In this document: positions 36,867 through 45,539 of the stretch, in pieces | Position numbering within the stretch: position 1 is the first letter of the stretch | How the letters are laid out: every line of letters starts with the position of its first letter | Source of the DNA: Candidatus Saccharimonadota bacterium | Lineage (GTDB): Bacteria; Patescibacteriota; Saccharimonadia; Saccharimonadales; JACDFO01 | Assembly: GCA_013815785.1 (NCBI GenBank) | Contig: JACDFO010000002.1 | Span: 1-47,231 of the forward strand | Reading direction: 5' to 3' | Length of the DNA: 47,231 nt | Notes under the pieces: model-generated | What the model saw: only the letters and a program-made list of their open reading frames with translations | Told to the model about the DNA's origin: nothing | Database searches by the model: none | Made by a program: the position numbers and the translations under genes

Positions 36867-39044
36867 ATGGAAAAAGACGAAGAATTTCCGAGGTATCAAA
36901 TACCAGGGGCGCCGGGAGAGATTGCGGCAAGCTTTCATACCCCAGAGGGAATCTTAGAAGTCGATTCATACCAAGATGAAATATTTGCAATTCTAAGACT
37001 AGCTGATGGAACTAAGAGTAGGTCCAATATTATCAAGAGCGCGGTGGAATCAGGGCTTGATGAAGAATTTACTTCTATGGTTATGGATGACTTAGAAAGG
37101 CTAGGTGTCATAGGTGACAGCAGGCAAATATCTAAACTTTTCCATATTTATACTAAAAATCCCGCTAGGTATAGCCATGATTTAAGCAACGAAGAAGTTT
37201 ATGAAATAACGTCACGACCTTATGAGGTTGAAAAAGAAGGCCAGCGCCATCAATTTTCACGTACTAGTACAGACCTTACTTCGTTATTAAGTAAACGCGA
37301 ATCAGTCAGAGGTTTTGAAAGTAGAGCTGTAGAATTAGATAAAATAAGTGAAATACTTGATGCTGCGTACTCTTTTAACATAACACCAGTACCGTCGGCG
37401 GGAGGTCTATACCCATTAAAATTATATTTACTGATCAAAGACGGGAATGAGCTACCGGCGGGATATTATCAATATGACCCCACTGATTCAGCCTTAATTT
37501 GTTTCAACGACAATTTTTCCGAAAAAAGGCTACAGTACATTTTTAACTCGGATTCACTCGTACATAACGCACAGTTACTATTTGTGATAGGCGCAGATAT
37601 GGATAGGCATTCAGAAAAATATGCTGATAGAGGCTACAGATATACTTTACTAGAAGCAGGTCATGTCGCTCAAAACATTCATTTAGCATGCACAACTCTA
37701 GATCTCGGTTCACTAGAATATGGCGGCTTCAATGATGATTTACTTCACTCCGAGTTAAACCTTGATGAGCGCATACAACCACTAATTACCATCGGTGCTG
37801 GATATAAAAATACTTTTGAAATTCAGGATTCTATATCTACTCTAGCATTGTTGGAGAAAGAACTAGTGGGTAAAAATAAACCGATAGACGAAGTATCAAT
37901 AAATTTTCCTCCAAACTCAACTAGTCCATCTTATTATCAAGCCAGCGCACACTATGTTATTCCAAATGTTAGTTATCCCGATACACATGACGATAGATAT
38001 GCTTCGGGAGCAGCGACCTCTATAGAACTTGCTAAAATTAAAGCGATAGCAGAAGCATATGAGAGATATGTAAGCGGTAAGATAAGGTTTGATATTAAAG
38101 ATAGTGCGACCAATTTACGGGGCAAATGGCTTAATCCAAATTTAATACGACCGTTAAGTTCAAGTCAGATTAATTTTATGTCCGGAATCGAACAATTCCA
38201 GGAAGATTTGTTACTGGAATGGGTAAAGGGAAGTGAACTTCATAGTAACGAAGATATTTTTGTTCCAATTGACTTAGTTTATTATCCGTTAAACGAAAAA
38301 GTTCTTCGCAGGAATCCCATCGCTCTTGCTGACTCATCCGGTGTTGCGGCGCATGTTGATAGAAATATTGCCATAGAAAAAGGATTGCTGGAACTCATAG
38401 AAAGGGATGCAATTATGAGAAATTGGTTTAAGAAAGCGCCACTCCCAAAACTTTCACAAGAATTACTAGATGAAGATATAAGCAGCCGTGTTCTAAATTT
38501 GGAAAAAAATGGCTACATTGTCGATGTACTAGATATGACCGAGCCTAACGCAAAAGCAGCCGTAATAAATGTAGTTATCAGAAACAAGGAAATGAATTAT
38601 CCGTACTTTGTTAATGGTGCTTCAGCAGCACTTAATTATCAGGATGCAATAGATAAAGCTCTTGAAGAGGCAGAACTTGGTTTGAAGTACGCACTAATCG
38701 GTGAAAAAAATGACGCAAAATCGAAAAATCACATACATTCACCTGCTGATCATGGGAATTACTACTTGCATCCAGAAAACGCAGTAAATATTTCTTGGCT
38801 ATGGAGCGGAGAAATAAAGTATCATCTACAGAATATTGACGATAGTAAAAAACTAATTGATAACTATAATCCTATAGTGATAAACTTGGAGTTACAGAGT
38901 GCTCCTTTAAATGTTGTCCGGATTATAGAGATATCACTGGTACCAATTAGCTTTGGTCTCGGTGCCGAGTATTACACGCATCCATTCAGCGGTATTTCAA
39001 ATCCGCAACAATACCAGCCCTATATTCCGCACTATTTCGCTTAA
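36867..39044 (+). CDS. Fused SagB/McbC-type FMN dehydrogenase - YcaO cyclodehydratase (azole synthetase)
   Basis: N-terminal wHTH-like segment; KRESVRGF, PSAGGLYP, RGYRYTLLEAGHVAQN (SagB-type); then KAIAEAYERY, DSSGVAAH, GLLELIERDA, ALEEA and Pro-rich end PYIPHYFA (YcaO). Confidence 0.93.
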   Translation: MEKDEEFPRYQIPGAPGEIAASFHTPEGILEVDSYQDEIFAILRLADGTKSRSNIIKSAVESGLDEEFTSMVMDDLERLGVIGDSRQISKLFHIYTKNPARYSHDLSNEEVYEITSRPYEVEKEGQRHQFSRTSTDLTSLLSKRESVRGFESRAVELDKISEILDAAYSFNITPVPSAGGLYPLKLYLLIKDGNELPAGYYQYDPTDSALICFNDNFSEKRLQYIFNSDSLVHNAQLLFVIGADMDRHSEKYADRGYRYTLLEAGHVAQNIHLACTTLDLGSLEYGGFNDDLLHSELNLDERIQPLITIGAGYKNTFEIQDSISTLALLEKELVGKNKPIDEVSINFPPNSTSPSYYQASAHYVIPNVSYPDTHDDRYASGAATSIELAKIKAIAEAYERYVSGKIRFDIKDSATNLRGKWLNPNLIRPLSSSQINFMSGIEQFQEDLLLEWVKGSELHSNEDIFVPIDLVYYPLNEKVLRRNPIALADSSGVAAHVDRNIAIEKGLLELIERDAIMRNWFKKAPLPKLSQELLDEDISSRVLNLEKNGYIVDVLDMTEPNAKAAVINVVIRNKEMNYPYFVNGASAALNYQDAIDKALEEAELGLKYALIGEKNDAKSKNHIHSPADHGNYYLHPENAVNISWLWSGEIKYHLQNIDDSKKLIDNYNPIVINLELQSAPLNVVRIIEISLVPISFGLGAEYYTHPFSGISNPQQYQPYIPHYFA

Positions 39045-39110
39045 ACTGCCAGGCGGTTTAAGCTTGAGATAAATTTTAATCATCAACTACTTCAGGAGGA
39101 GGTGATAAAA

Positions 39111-39245
39111 ATGAAGGTACTCTCTGCAGTGTTGAAGCCATACGAAGCTACCCCCAAGGGTAGCTTCGAAAACTGCAACAACGGTTGTAGTGGCAGTGGA
39201 TCCTGCTCTCGTTGCTCAGGCAACTACGGCAACCAGTCCCACTAG
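39111..39245 (+). CDS. RiPP precursor peptide (44 aa, Cys/Ser/Gly-rich core)
   Basis: Not in ORF track. SD AGGAGGAGGTG; MKVLSAVLKPYEATPKGSFENCNNGCSGSGSCSRCSGNYGNQSH*; 66 nt after the YcaO stop. Confidence 0.9.
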   Translation: MKVLSAVLKPYEATPKGSFENCNNGCSGSGSCSRCSGNYGNQSH

Positions 39246-39258
39246 CACAACCCACACC

Positions 39259-39327
39259 AGCCCTGGCATATCAATTGTGTGATGATGTACGCGCGTCATC
39301 ATCAATACAATCGATTATGCCAGGGCT
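39259..39327. terminator. Long hairpin after the precursor gene (terminator / 3' stabiliser)
   Basis: AGCCCTGGCATA...TGATGATG / CGTCATCA...TATGCCAGGGCT, ~30-bp interrupted stem between convergent genes. Confidence 0.75.
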
Positions 39328-39329
39328 CT

Positions 39330-39941
39330 TTACTTGAGAAGTTTTTTAGCTGATGTAGAAACTAATTTTGAGGCTGGTTTTTTTAGTGTATTACTAGCAG
39401 ACTTTGCAAGCTGATAACCATAAGAATAGCCAAACCATCTAGGTACGTCGTTATTACCTGTTATAAACCACTCTATATGGTTATATTTTTTACTATTTAA
39501 TTCTTTATTAGCCATTCCAATTTGATCTTTGGTTATTCTAACGGTTGCATATATCGGAGTTTCACCACTACACTCTTCTTCAAACAAAGTTGCAAGCCCT
39601 TCGGTTAATAACGCCTCCTTTAAGGTTTCGCCATAACCTGGGTTGCGCCATCTTACTGCATGGTGTATTTCGTGTAACATACCCATGTAAAGATTTTTTT
39701 CTAGAATTTTCTTAGATGGATCGATGTTTATGTAAACAACATTACTGGAAGGAGTATAACCTCCCACTCCAATTTCTGGGATTGTGCTAGACGGAGCATC
39801 GATTATAAGAATGTCTATTTTGTCAGCTCCTAAAACGCCAAAAGCAGTATCGGATGCTTTCTTAAAAGCATTTTCAATTACGTTTATATGCTTGTCCATT
39901 GACCCGGAAGCATTTGCTATGTGCAACTTTATACTGTTCAT
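39330..39941 (-). CDS. Zn-dependent peptidase (DUF2268-like, HExxH)
   Basis: IPEIGVGGY, LHEIHHAVR, TEGLATLF, PRWFGYSYGY. Confidence 0.85.
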   Translation of the reverse strand: MNSIKLHIANASGSMDKHINVIENAFKKASDTAFGVLGADKIDILIIDAPSSTIPEIGVGGYTPSSNVVYINIDPSKKILEKNLYMGMLHEIHHAVRWRNPGYGETLKEALLTEGLATLFEEECSGETPIYATVRITKDQIGMANKELNSKKYNHIEWFITGNNDVPRWFGYSYGYQLAKSASNTLKKPASKLVSTSAKKLLK

Positions 39942-39959
39942 ATTGTTACTATATTAAAA

Positions 39960-40007
39960 TCAAGACTGTAAGGATATGTCATCTTCGATAATTGCGATTT
40001 TAGGCAT
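39960..40007 (-). pseudogene. 5' remnant of the response regulator at 36395-36763
   Basis: Encodes MPKIAIIEDDISLQS*; first 13 residues identical to the intact gene. Confidence 0.85.
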
Positions 40008-40080
40008 AATAATAGAAATATTGTAGTAATTCTAAGTATTAGTATATATTGAAGAAAATTAATAGGGAAATAAATTAATT

Positions 40081-40977
40081 ATGACAGACGCAATAGTGGT
40101 GGCTATCTTATCTGGGCTAGCAGGTATGCTGGGCTGGGGTTTGGCAGACTTTTTTGCTAAGAAAACTATTGATATTGTCGGTGATCTTGCAACACTTGCG
40201 TGGGCACATATTTATGGAGTTATATTCCTACTGTCAATCGTCCTAATATATAACCGATCAGAACATCAAACGTTGACATTACCGAATGGTTTTAAAGAGT
40301 TTGCGTTACTTGGATTTTTTGGCATTTTGCAGGCTTTTGTCTACTTTTTTGCATATCGTGCGTTCGGTAAGGGTAAACTGGCACTCCTTAACCCAGTTTT
40401 TTCATCATATTCAGGCATTGTAGTTTTATTATCTACCATCTTTTTTGCCGAAGTTATCGGTGTTAATCAGCTCCTTTGTCTGTTGGTGATATTTGCTGGG
40501 ATAATGTCAATCAGCCTTGATAGAGAGTCATTAGCGCTTAAAAAAATACGGCTGGCAAAAATCTCTGGCATGAAAGAAATTTTGATAGCAGCTATTCTTG
40601 GGGCAGTTTGGACAGTGTTGTGGGGAAACTTCGTAATAGACAAGGATTGGCTTGTATACGCAGCGATCATGTATATTTTTATGACGATAACGATACTGCT
40701 AATATGTTTGATTCAAAGACTTAAGTTAAATGTACTCAATGCGCACACATGGAAATTCTTTATGCTTATTGGAGTTTCGGAGGTGATTGCCTACGTCGGG
40801 GTAAGTCTTGGTTATAGTGTTACTTCACGTACCAGTATTATTGCTGTTTTGAGCGCTGCATTTTCTGTACCAACAGTAATATTAGCCCACATCTTTCTTA
40901 AGGAGCGTATAACAAAATTTCAAATATCAGGGGTAGCTCTTGTTATAACTGGTGTTGTTGCTATCACCCTGGTATAA
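40081..40977 (+). CDS. EamA/DMT-family transporter
   Basis: ~10 TMs, WGLADFFAK, FFAEVI, FLKERITKFQISG. Confidence 0.92.
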   Translation: MTDAIVVAILSGLAGMLGWGLADFFAKKTIDIVGDLATLAWAHIYGVIFLLSIVLIYNRSEHQTLTLPNGFKEFALLGFFGILQAFVYFFAYRAFGKGKLALLNPVFSSYSGIVVLLSTIFFAEVIGVNQLLCLLVIFAGIMSISLDRESLALKKIRLAKISGMKEILIAAILGAVWTVLWGNFVIDKDWLVYAAIMYIFMTITILLICLIQRLKLNVLNAHTWKFFMLIGVSEVIAYVGVSLGYSVTSRTSIIAVLSAAFSVPTVILAHIFLKERITKFQISGVALVITGVVAITLV

Positions 40978-41003
40978 TTCGTCTTGATTTAAGATAAATA
41001 AAA

Positions 41004-42140
41004 ATGATTCCAAACGATATCGAAATTCTCAACGAAGTGCGCCTCCACACGTATCAGACCCCCTATTTTTTTACAAGTCGGAATATTCTTGAAATTAATT
41101 ATCAAAAGTTTTTGAATATGTTCGAGGGTAGTGAAGTCTATTACGCGCTTAAGGCGAACTCAGACCCAAAAATCCTGACATTATTGAATGGGTTTGGTTG
41201 CGGATTTGAGGCAGCATCTTTTTATGAGATTGAGCAGCTTTTAGCTGTCGGTATTCAGCCTGATAGGATAATTTACGGTACTTCAGTAAAGCCCTCAACT
41301 CACATTATGCGAGCTTTTGATGTTGGAGTTAATCGTTTTGCTGCAGATTCACATGAGGAATTAGAAAAGATTGCACAATTTGCACCCGGTTCCAGAGTGA
41401 TAATCCGAGCCAAAGTAAATGATAGCGGTAGTGTGTTTGCATTTTCTGAACGTTTCGGCGCTCCTAAAGAGGCTGTGAAGGCTCTCGTTGTCTACGCACG
41501 ACACTTAAAGCTCAAAACCTATGGATTAAGTTTTCATGTGGGTTCTCAAGCTACCCATGTAGACCACTGGGCAAACGCCATATCATCCCTAAAGCCAATC
41601 ATGGATCAACTCGATGAAGAGGGTATACGAATTGAAATACTTGATATCGGAGGGGGATTTCCCGTCATCTATAATAATCACAAAGATTTGCCACATCTAG
41701 ATGATATTGCTAAAGATGTTCATAAGGCGCTCAAGAAGCTACCCTATCAACCAAAAATAATTATGGAACCAGGACGAGGTATTGTGGCCAGTTCCACTGT
41801 TATGGTCAGCGAGGTCATTTCAAGAACTATTAGAAATGGGAAAGTGTGGCTTGTTATGGATGGGGGTATATATAACTGTCTTTATGAAGCAATGATACAT
41901 CAGGGCACAACACAGTATGATGTAAGGACTATGGCAATGGTCGAGGGTGACGTGGACATGCTTAATTACGGCATTACCGGTCCCACGGGTGATAGTCTGG
42001 ATGTCATTACTCGTAGCATTAGCCTTCCAAGTTTTATTTCAGAGGGCGATCGACTAATTTTTGAAAATTCAGGGGCCTATACAATAACAATGGCTAGTCC
42101 CTTTAATGGTTTTCCAAAACCTGAGCTGTATCTCAGTTGA
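41004..42140 (+). CDS. Fold-type III PLP enzyme, ornithine/lysine decarboxylase family
   Basis: YALKAN (PLP Lys), FEAAS, FHVGSQ, LDIGGG, EPGR, GPTGDS, GAY, FNGF. Confidence 0.9.
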   Translation: MIPNDIEILNEVRLHTYQTPYFFTSRNILEINYQKFLNMFEGSEVYYALKANSDPKILTLLNGFGCGFEAASFYEIEQLLAVGIQPDRIIYGTSVKPSTHIMRAFDVGVNRFAADSHEELEKIAQFAPGSRVIIRAKVNDSGSVFAFSERFGAPKEAVKALVVYARHLKLKTYGLSFHVGSQATHVDHWANAISSLKPIMDQLDEEGIRIEILDIGGGFPVIYNNHKDLPHLDDIAKDVHKALKKLPYQPKIIMEPGRGIVASSTVMVSEVISRTIRNGKVWLVMDGGIYNCLYEAMIHQGTTQYDVRTMAMVEGDVDMLNYGITGPTGDSLDVITRSISLPSFISEGDRLIFENSGAYTITMASPFNGFPKPELYLS

Positions 42141-42194
42141 CAGTAACGATAAAAAGGCTTACGTTAATAACAAGTATAAAAAGGTTATCCTAAT

Positions 42195-43034
42195 ATGATG
42201 AAAAATTTAAACAACTTACAAAAAACCTTCGGGTTGTTTTTCTTGTTCGTACTTGGTCTTTGGGTTTATATCCAGCTTTCAGCATCGCGTGACAGTACGG
42301 TTAACTATACATACTCGTTCTTGTTTGGTCTTATACCGTTTTTCGGTGGCATTATAGGGATGTTTACCTCAAAGCAGTGGGGTGGTCTTAAATCCGTTCT
42401 TGGTAAAGCTATATTCTTTTTTTCCCTCGGTCTGTTCCTATGGGGGTCTGGTGAAAATATTTGGTCATATTACAACTTCTTTAAAGGTGAGCCGGCACCC
42501 TATCCTTCACTTGCGGATATCGGCTTTGCCCCAAGTATCTTTTTTTGGATACTCGGTACCTACTTTTTAGCGAAAGCCAGCGGTGCATTCCTTATGTTTA
42601 AGAAAAGCACATGGGCTAAAGTGTTCGTAATAATTGTCCCACCCTTGTTGTTACTTGCTTCGTATTACATGCTTATCAAAATTGCCCGGGGGGGTGTGTT
42701 AGTTCCCGAAGGAGAGACGCCATTGAAGGTAGTACTTGATATCGCCTATCCACTAGGAGACTTCTTGGCTCTTACATTTGCATTTGTAGTCTTTACACTT
42801 ACGGGCAAGTATCTCGGTGGTTATTACCGTATGGCAATCGCCAGTATATTGCTGGGTCTTGGAATCATGTATTTTGGCGACTTCAGCTTTTCGTACACAA
42901 CTACTACCGGAACATTCTACAATGGTAACTGGGGCGATTTACTCTTGGCTAGTGGTAACTTCTTTATGACAATCGGTATTCTCGGATTTGCATCACGGCC
43001 TCAAGCTAGCCCTAATGTAGCTAAGGAGGCGTAA
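42195..43034 (+). CDS. Multi-TM membrane protein (putative membrane sensor module)
   Basis: ~8 TMs with PYPSLADIG and DIAYPLGD motifs; operonic with the downstream kinase. Confidence 0.7.
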   Translation: MMKNLNNLQKTFGLFFLFVLGLWVYIQLSASRDSTVNYTYSFLFGLIPFFGGIIGMFTSKQWGGLKSVLGKAIFFFSLGLFLWGSGENIWSYYNFFKGEPAPYPSLADIGFAPSIFFWILGTYFLAKASGAFLMFKKSTWAKVFVIIVPPLLLLASYYMLIKIARGGVLVPEGETPLKVVLDIAYPLGDFLALTFAFVVFTLTGKYLGGYYRMAIASILLGLGIMYFGDFSFSYTTTTGTFYNGNWGDLLLASGNFFMTIGILGFASRPQASPNVAKEA

Positions 43035-43036
43035 TC

Positions 43037-43315
43037 ATGGATACTTACGCCAAGATAGCAGTTGAAATCATCTCATATCAAGAAGCTATAATCGGGCCGG
43101 TTGCAGTTGAGCAAGCTCAATTTGTGGATGGTCTTCAGCTTGACTGGGATAAGCACGAGGCAACGATTTCTGGTGATAAGATGAATGTAATTGATAAACT
43201 TGTTGAACAATATAAAAATCTTTTTGGCCAAATTTCTGTTGAAGTTTGTAAAGATGCGGCCTCTAAATTTTTAGGTGAACTTTCTGCTACTGAGCGACCA
43301 AAATTATTGCAGTAG
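43037..43315 (+). CDS. Small hypothetical protein
   Basis: AAGGAGG SD; QEAIIGPVA...LVEQYKNLFGQISVEVCK. Confidence 0.75.
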   Translation: MDTYAKIAVEIISYQEAIIGPVAVEQAQFVDGLQLDWDKHEATISGDKMNVIDKLVEQYKNLFGQISVEVCKDAASKFLGELSATERPKLLQ

Positions 43316-43340
43316 CGCGCAGATGAGGGCGGGATAAAAT

Positions 43341-44777
43341 ATGGATAACATCCCCACAACTGAAACAAAGCGTCTTTTTACTGGGCGCAAACAGCTTAAG
43401 CAAGATATTGAGCATGTAACTCAAGAGATGTATAAGCGTAACTTTGAACTGGCAGAAGCCAACAAAACACTTTCGCTTCTACGTGCAATAGATAGTATCG
43501 TACTTGAATCACACGATGAATTAGGGATACTTTGTCAAAACATAGCATCCGCGATTGCCAAGTATACTAGTTATCCGCTTGTGGCAATTCTTGTCAACCC
43601 TCCGCACAAAGACTATCTAGAGATGCTGGGGCTAGCTGGCGCAAGTGGGATTGAGGACATGTTTAAGTCATGCAAGGTTAAGGAAGACGACCATGAAACA
43701 TGGTTGGTTAGCCCTGAGCAAAAGGCGATTCTTGATATTTCTTCTGTCGATAGTCGGCTTATTGCTGAGGTGCTCTGTCTGTCGGAAGATCAGGTTAACG
43801 ATCTGAAAAATGAAAGTGGTATTAAAACAATCTTGTTATTAAAGTTGCTATCAAGACACCGTCTGGTTGGGGTGTTGGCAATCGGGTTAAATCAGGAAAA
43901 AATTGAGGTCCATGATAAACAAGAACAACTAATTGAGCGTCTATCTGAGACCGTAGGGATTGCACTCGATAGCAAATTGCTTTTTGAAGAAAATCAGCAA
44001 GTCCTGCGTCAGTTACAAAAAACGAACGAAAAATTAAAGACACTGGACGAAACGAAGGATGAGTTCATTAGCATGGCTTCTCATCAACTTCGCACGCCGT
44101 TAACTTCCGTTAAGGGCTACCTGAGCATGGTTTTAGAGGGTGATGCGGGCGAGATAGGTGAAATGCAGCGTAAACTGCTGGATCAAGCGTTTGTAAGTAG
44201 TCAGCGGATGGTTTATTTGATAGCGGATTTGTTGAACGTATCGCGTTTGCGTACGGGTAAGTTTGTTCTAGAGGCCGTGCCATCTAATTTGGCAGAAGTG
44301 GTAGAGGGGGAGATTGGCCAACTCAAGGAAACCGCCGCTGGGCGTGGACTGAAACTTACTTATGATAAACCAGCTGACTTCCCAGAACTGTACTTGGATG
44401 AAACAAAAATCCGGCAGGTAATTATGAATTTTACTGATAACGCCATTTACTACACACCTAGCGGCGGGCATATCGTGGTCAAGCTAGAAGACAAGGGTGA
44501 ATCGATTGAGTTTACCGTAACCGACGACGGCATGGGAGTCCCGAAAGTACAACAACCGAACTTATTCACCAAGTTTTATCGGGCAGATAATGCCCGCAAG
44601 GCTCGACCTGACGGTACTGGTCTTGGGCTATTCATGGCTAAGAAGGTGATTGTAGTCCAAGGAGGCAACCTATTATTTACTAGTCAAGAAGGTAAGGGCA
44701 GTACATTTGGCTTTGCATTCCCTAAATCTAAATTACAGCCACCACCCACACCAGAGCCGACTGCAACTAGTAGCTAA
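43341..44777 (+). CDS. GAF sensor histidine kinase
   Basis: GAF-like domain, ASHQLRTPL, NFTDNAIYY, DDGMGV, GTGLGL. Confidence 0.94.
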   Translation: MDNIPTTETKRLFTGRKQLKQDIEHVTQEMYKRNFELAEANKTLSLLRAIDSIVLESHDELGILCQNIASAIAKYTSYPLVAILVNPPHKDYLEMLGLAGASGIEDMFKSCKVKEDDHETWLVSPEQKAILDISSVDSRLIAEVLCLSEDQVNDLKNESGIKTILLLKLLSRHRLVGVLAIGLNQEKIEVHDKQEQLIERLSETVGIALDSKLLFEENQQVLRQLQKTNEKLKTLDETKDEFISMASHQLRTPLTSVKGYLSMVLEGDAGEIGEMQRKLLDQAFVSSQRMVYLIADLLNVSRLRTGKFVLEAVPSNLAEVVEGEIGQLKETAAGRGLKLTYDKPADFPELYLDETKIRQVIMNFTDNAIYYTPSGGHIVVKLEDKGESIEFTVTDDGMGVPKVQQPNLFTKFYRADNARKARPDGTGLGLFMAKKVIVVQGGNLLFTSQEGKGSTFGFAFPKSKLQPPPTPEPTATSS

Positions 44778-44923
44778 CAGATAGTCATGGATTAGCTCTA
44801 ACAAAGCGAGAAACTTCATTGTTTGAACAAAGCGTGCGCGATATATTCAGATTATGAATCACCGACGTTAATCTCTATCGGTGTATTGTGCTTGTGCTTT
44901 ATACATATATGTTGTGTTATGTA

Positions 44924-44952
44924 TTGACAATATTGGTATTTTGTAGTAGAAT
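44924..44952 (+). promoter_or_regulatory. Near-consensus sigma70 promoter
   Basis: TTGACA (44924-44929) - 17 nt - TAGAAT (44947-44952). Confidence 0.75.
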
Positions 44953-45539
44953 GTATACATCCTAACCCTTGGGTGGTTGGAAGTAATCCATAGCGGATTG
45001 ATTAACAGAGGTGTAACAGATGGCAGGATAACCGGCAACGGTATTATTACTGCTTTTTTTACTTCTGAAAACAATCGGTGAACCCAGGTGGTGACGGGTA
45101 CATTAACAAGTCGAATCATTTTGAAACATATTTTTTTGTAACAGGGAATCTACCCCTTGTGCAGACCAGCTAGTATTAGACAGCTAGTAACCCCTAGCGA
45201 CTCCTAGTATTAGACGGTCTGCACATGGTTGTAGCGTTGTGAGTAATAGATTGAGCTTTATCGCTCTCTGTTGGCTCCAGAAGCTCCCTGGTGCGGAAAG
45301 ACGCAATTCAAACTACAACTACAAAACTTTTGTGAAACCGCAAAGGTCATTTTGTTCCTTTTCAGAACAGCGTCTAACACACGCAAATTCGTGTGCAGAG
45401 CGCTGTTCTGAACCCCTACCTAGGCAAAGATATAAGAGTAACCCATTAACCTGGGTGTACTCGAAAAGAGCGATTCCGCTCTACAGCCAGGCCCACCATA
45501 GTCTGCGAATCTTCTGCCAAAAGCAGGGGAGGAGAAAAA

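Noticed and set aside
36867..39245. Thiopeptide, thioamitide or ranthipeptide assignment for the RiPP
   Set aside because: No lanthipeptide-type dehydratase, TfuA or radical SAM gene in the window; the fused dehydrogenase points to azoles.
44953..45539. RNase P RNA, tmRNA, group I/II intron or CRISPR array
   Set aside because: No GAGGAAAGUCC, no tRNA-like tmRNA ends, no intron core recognised; the 12-nt repeat occurs only twice and no cas genes are present.
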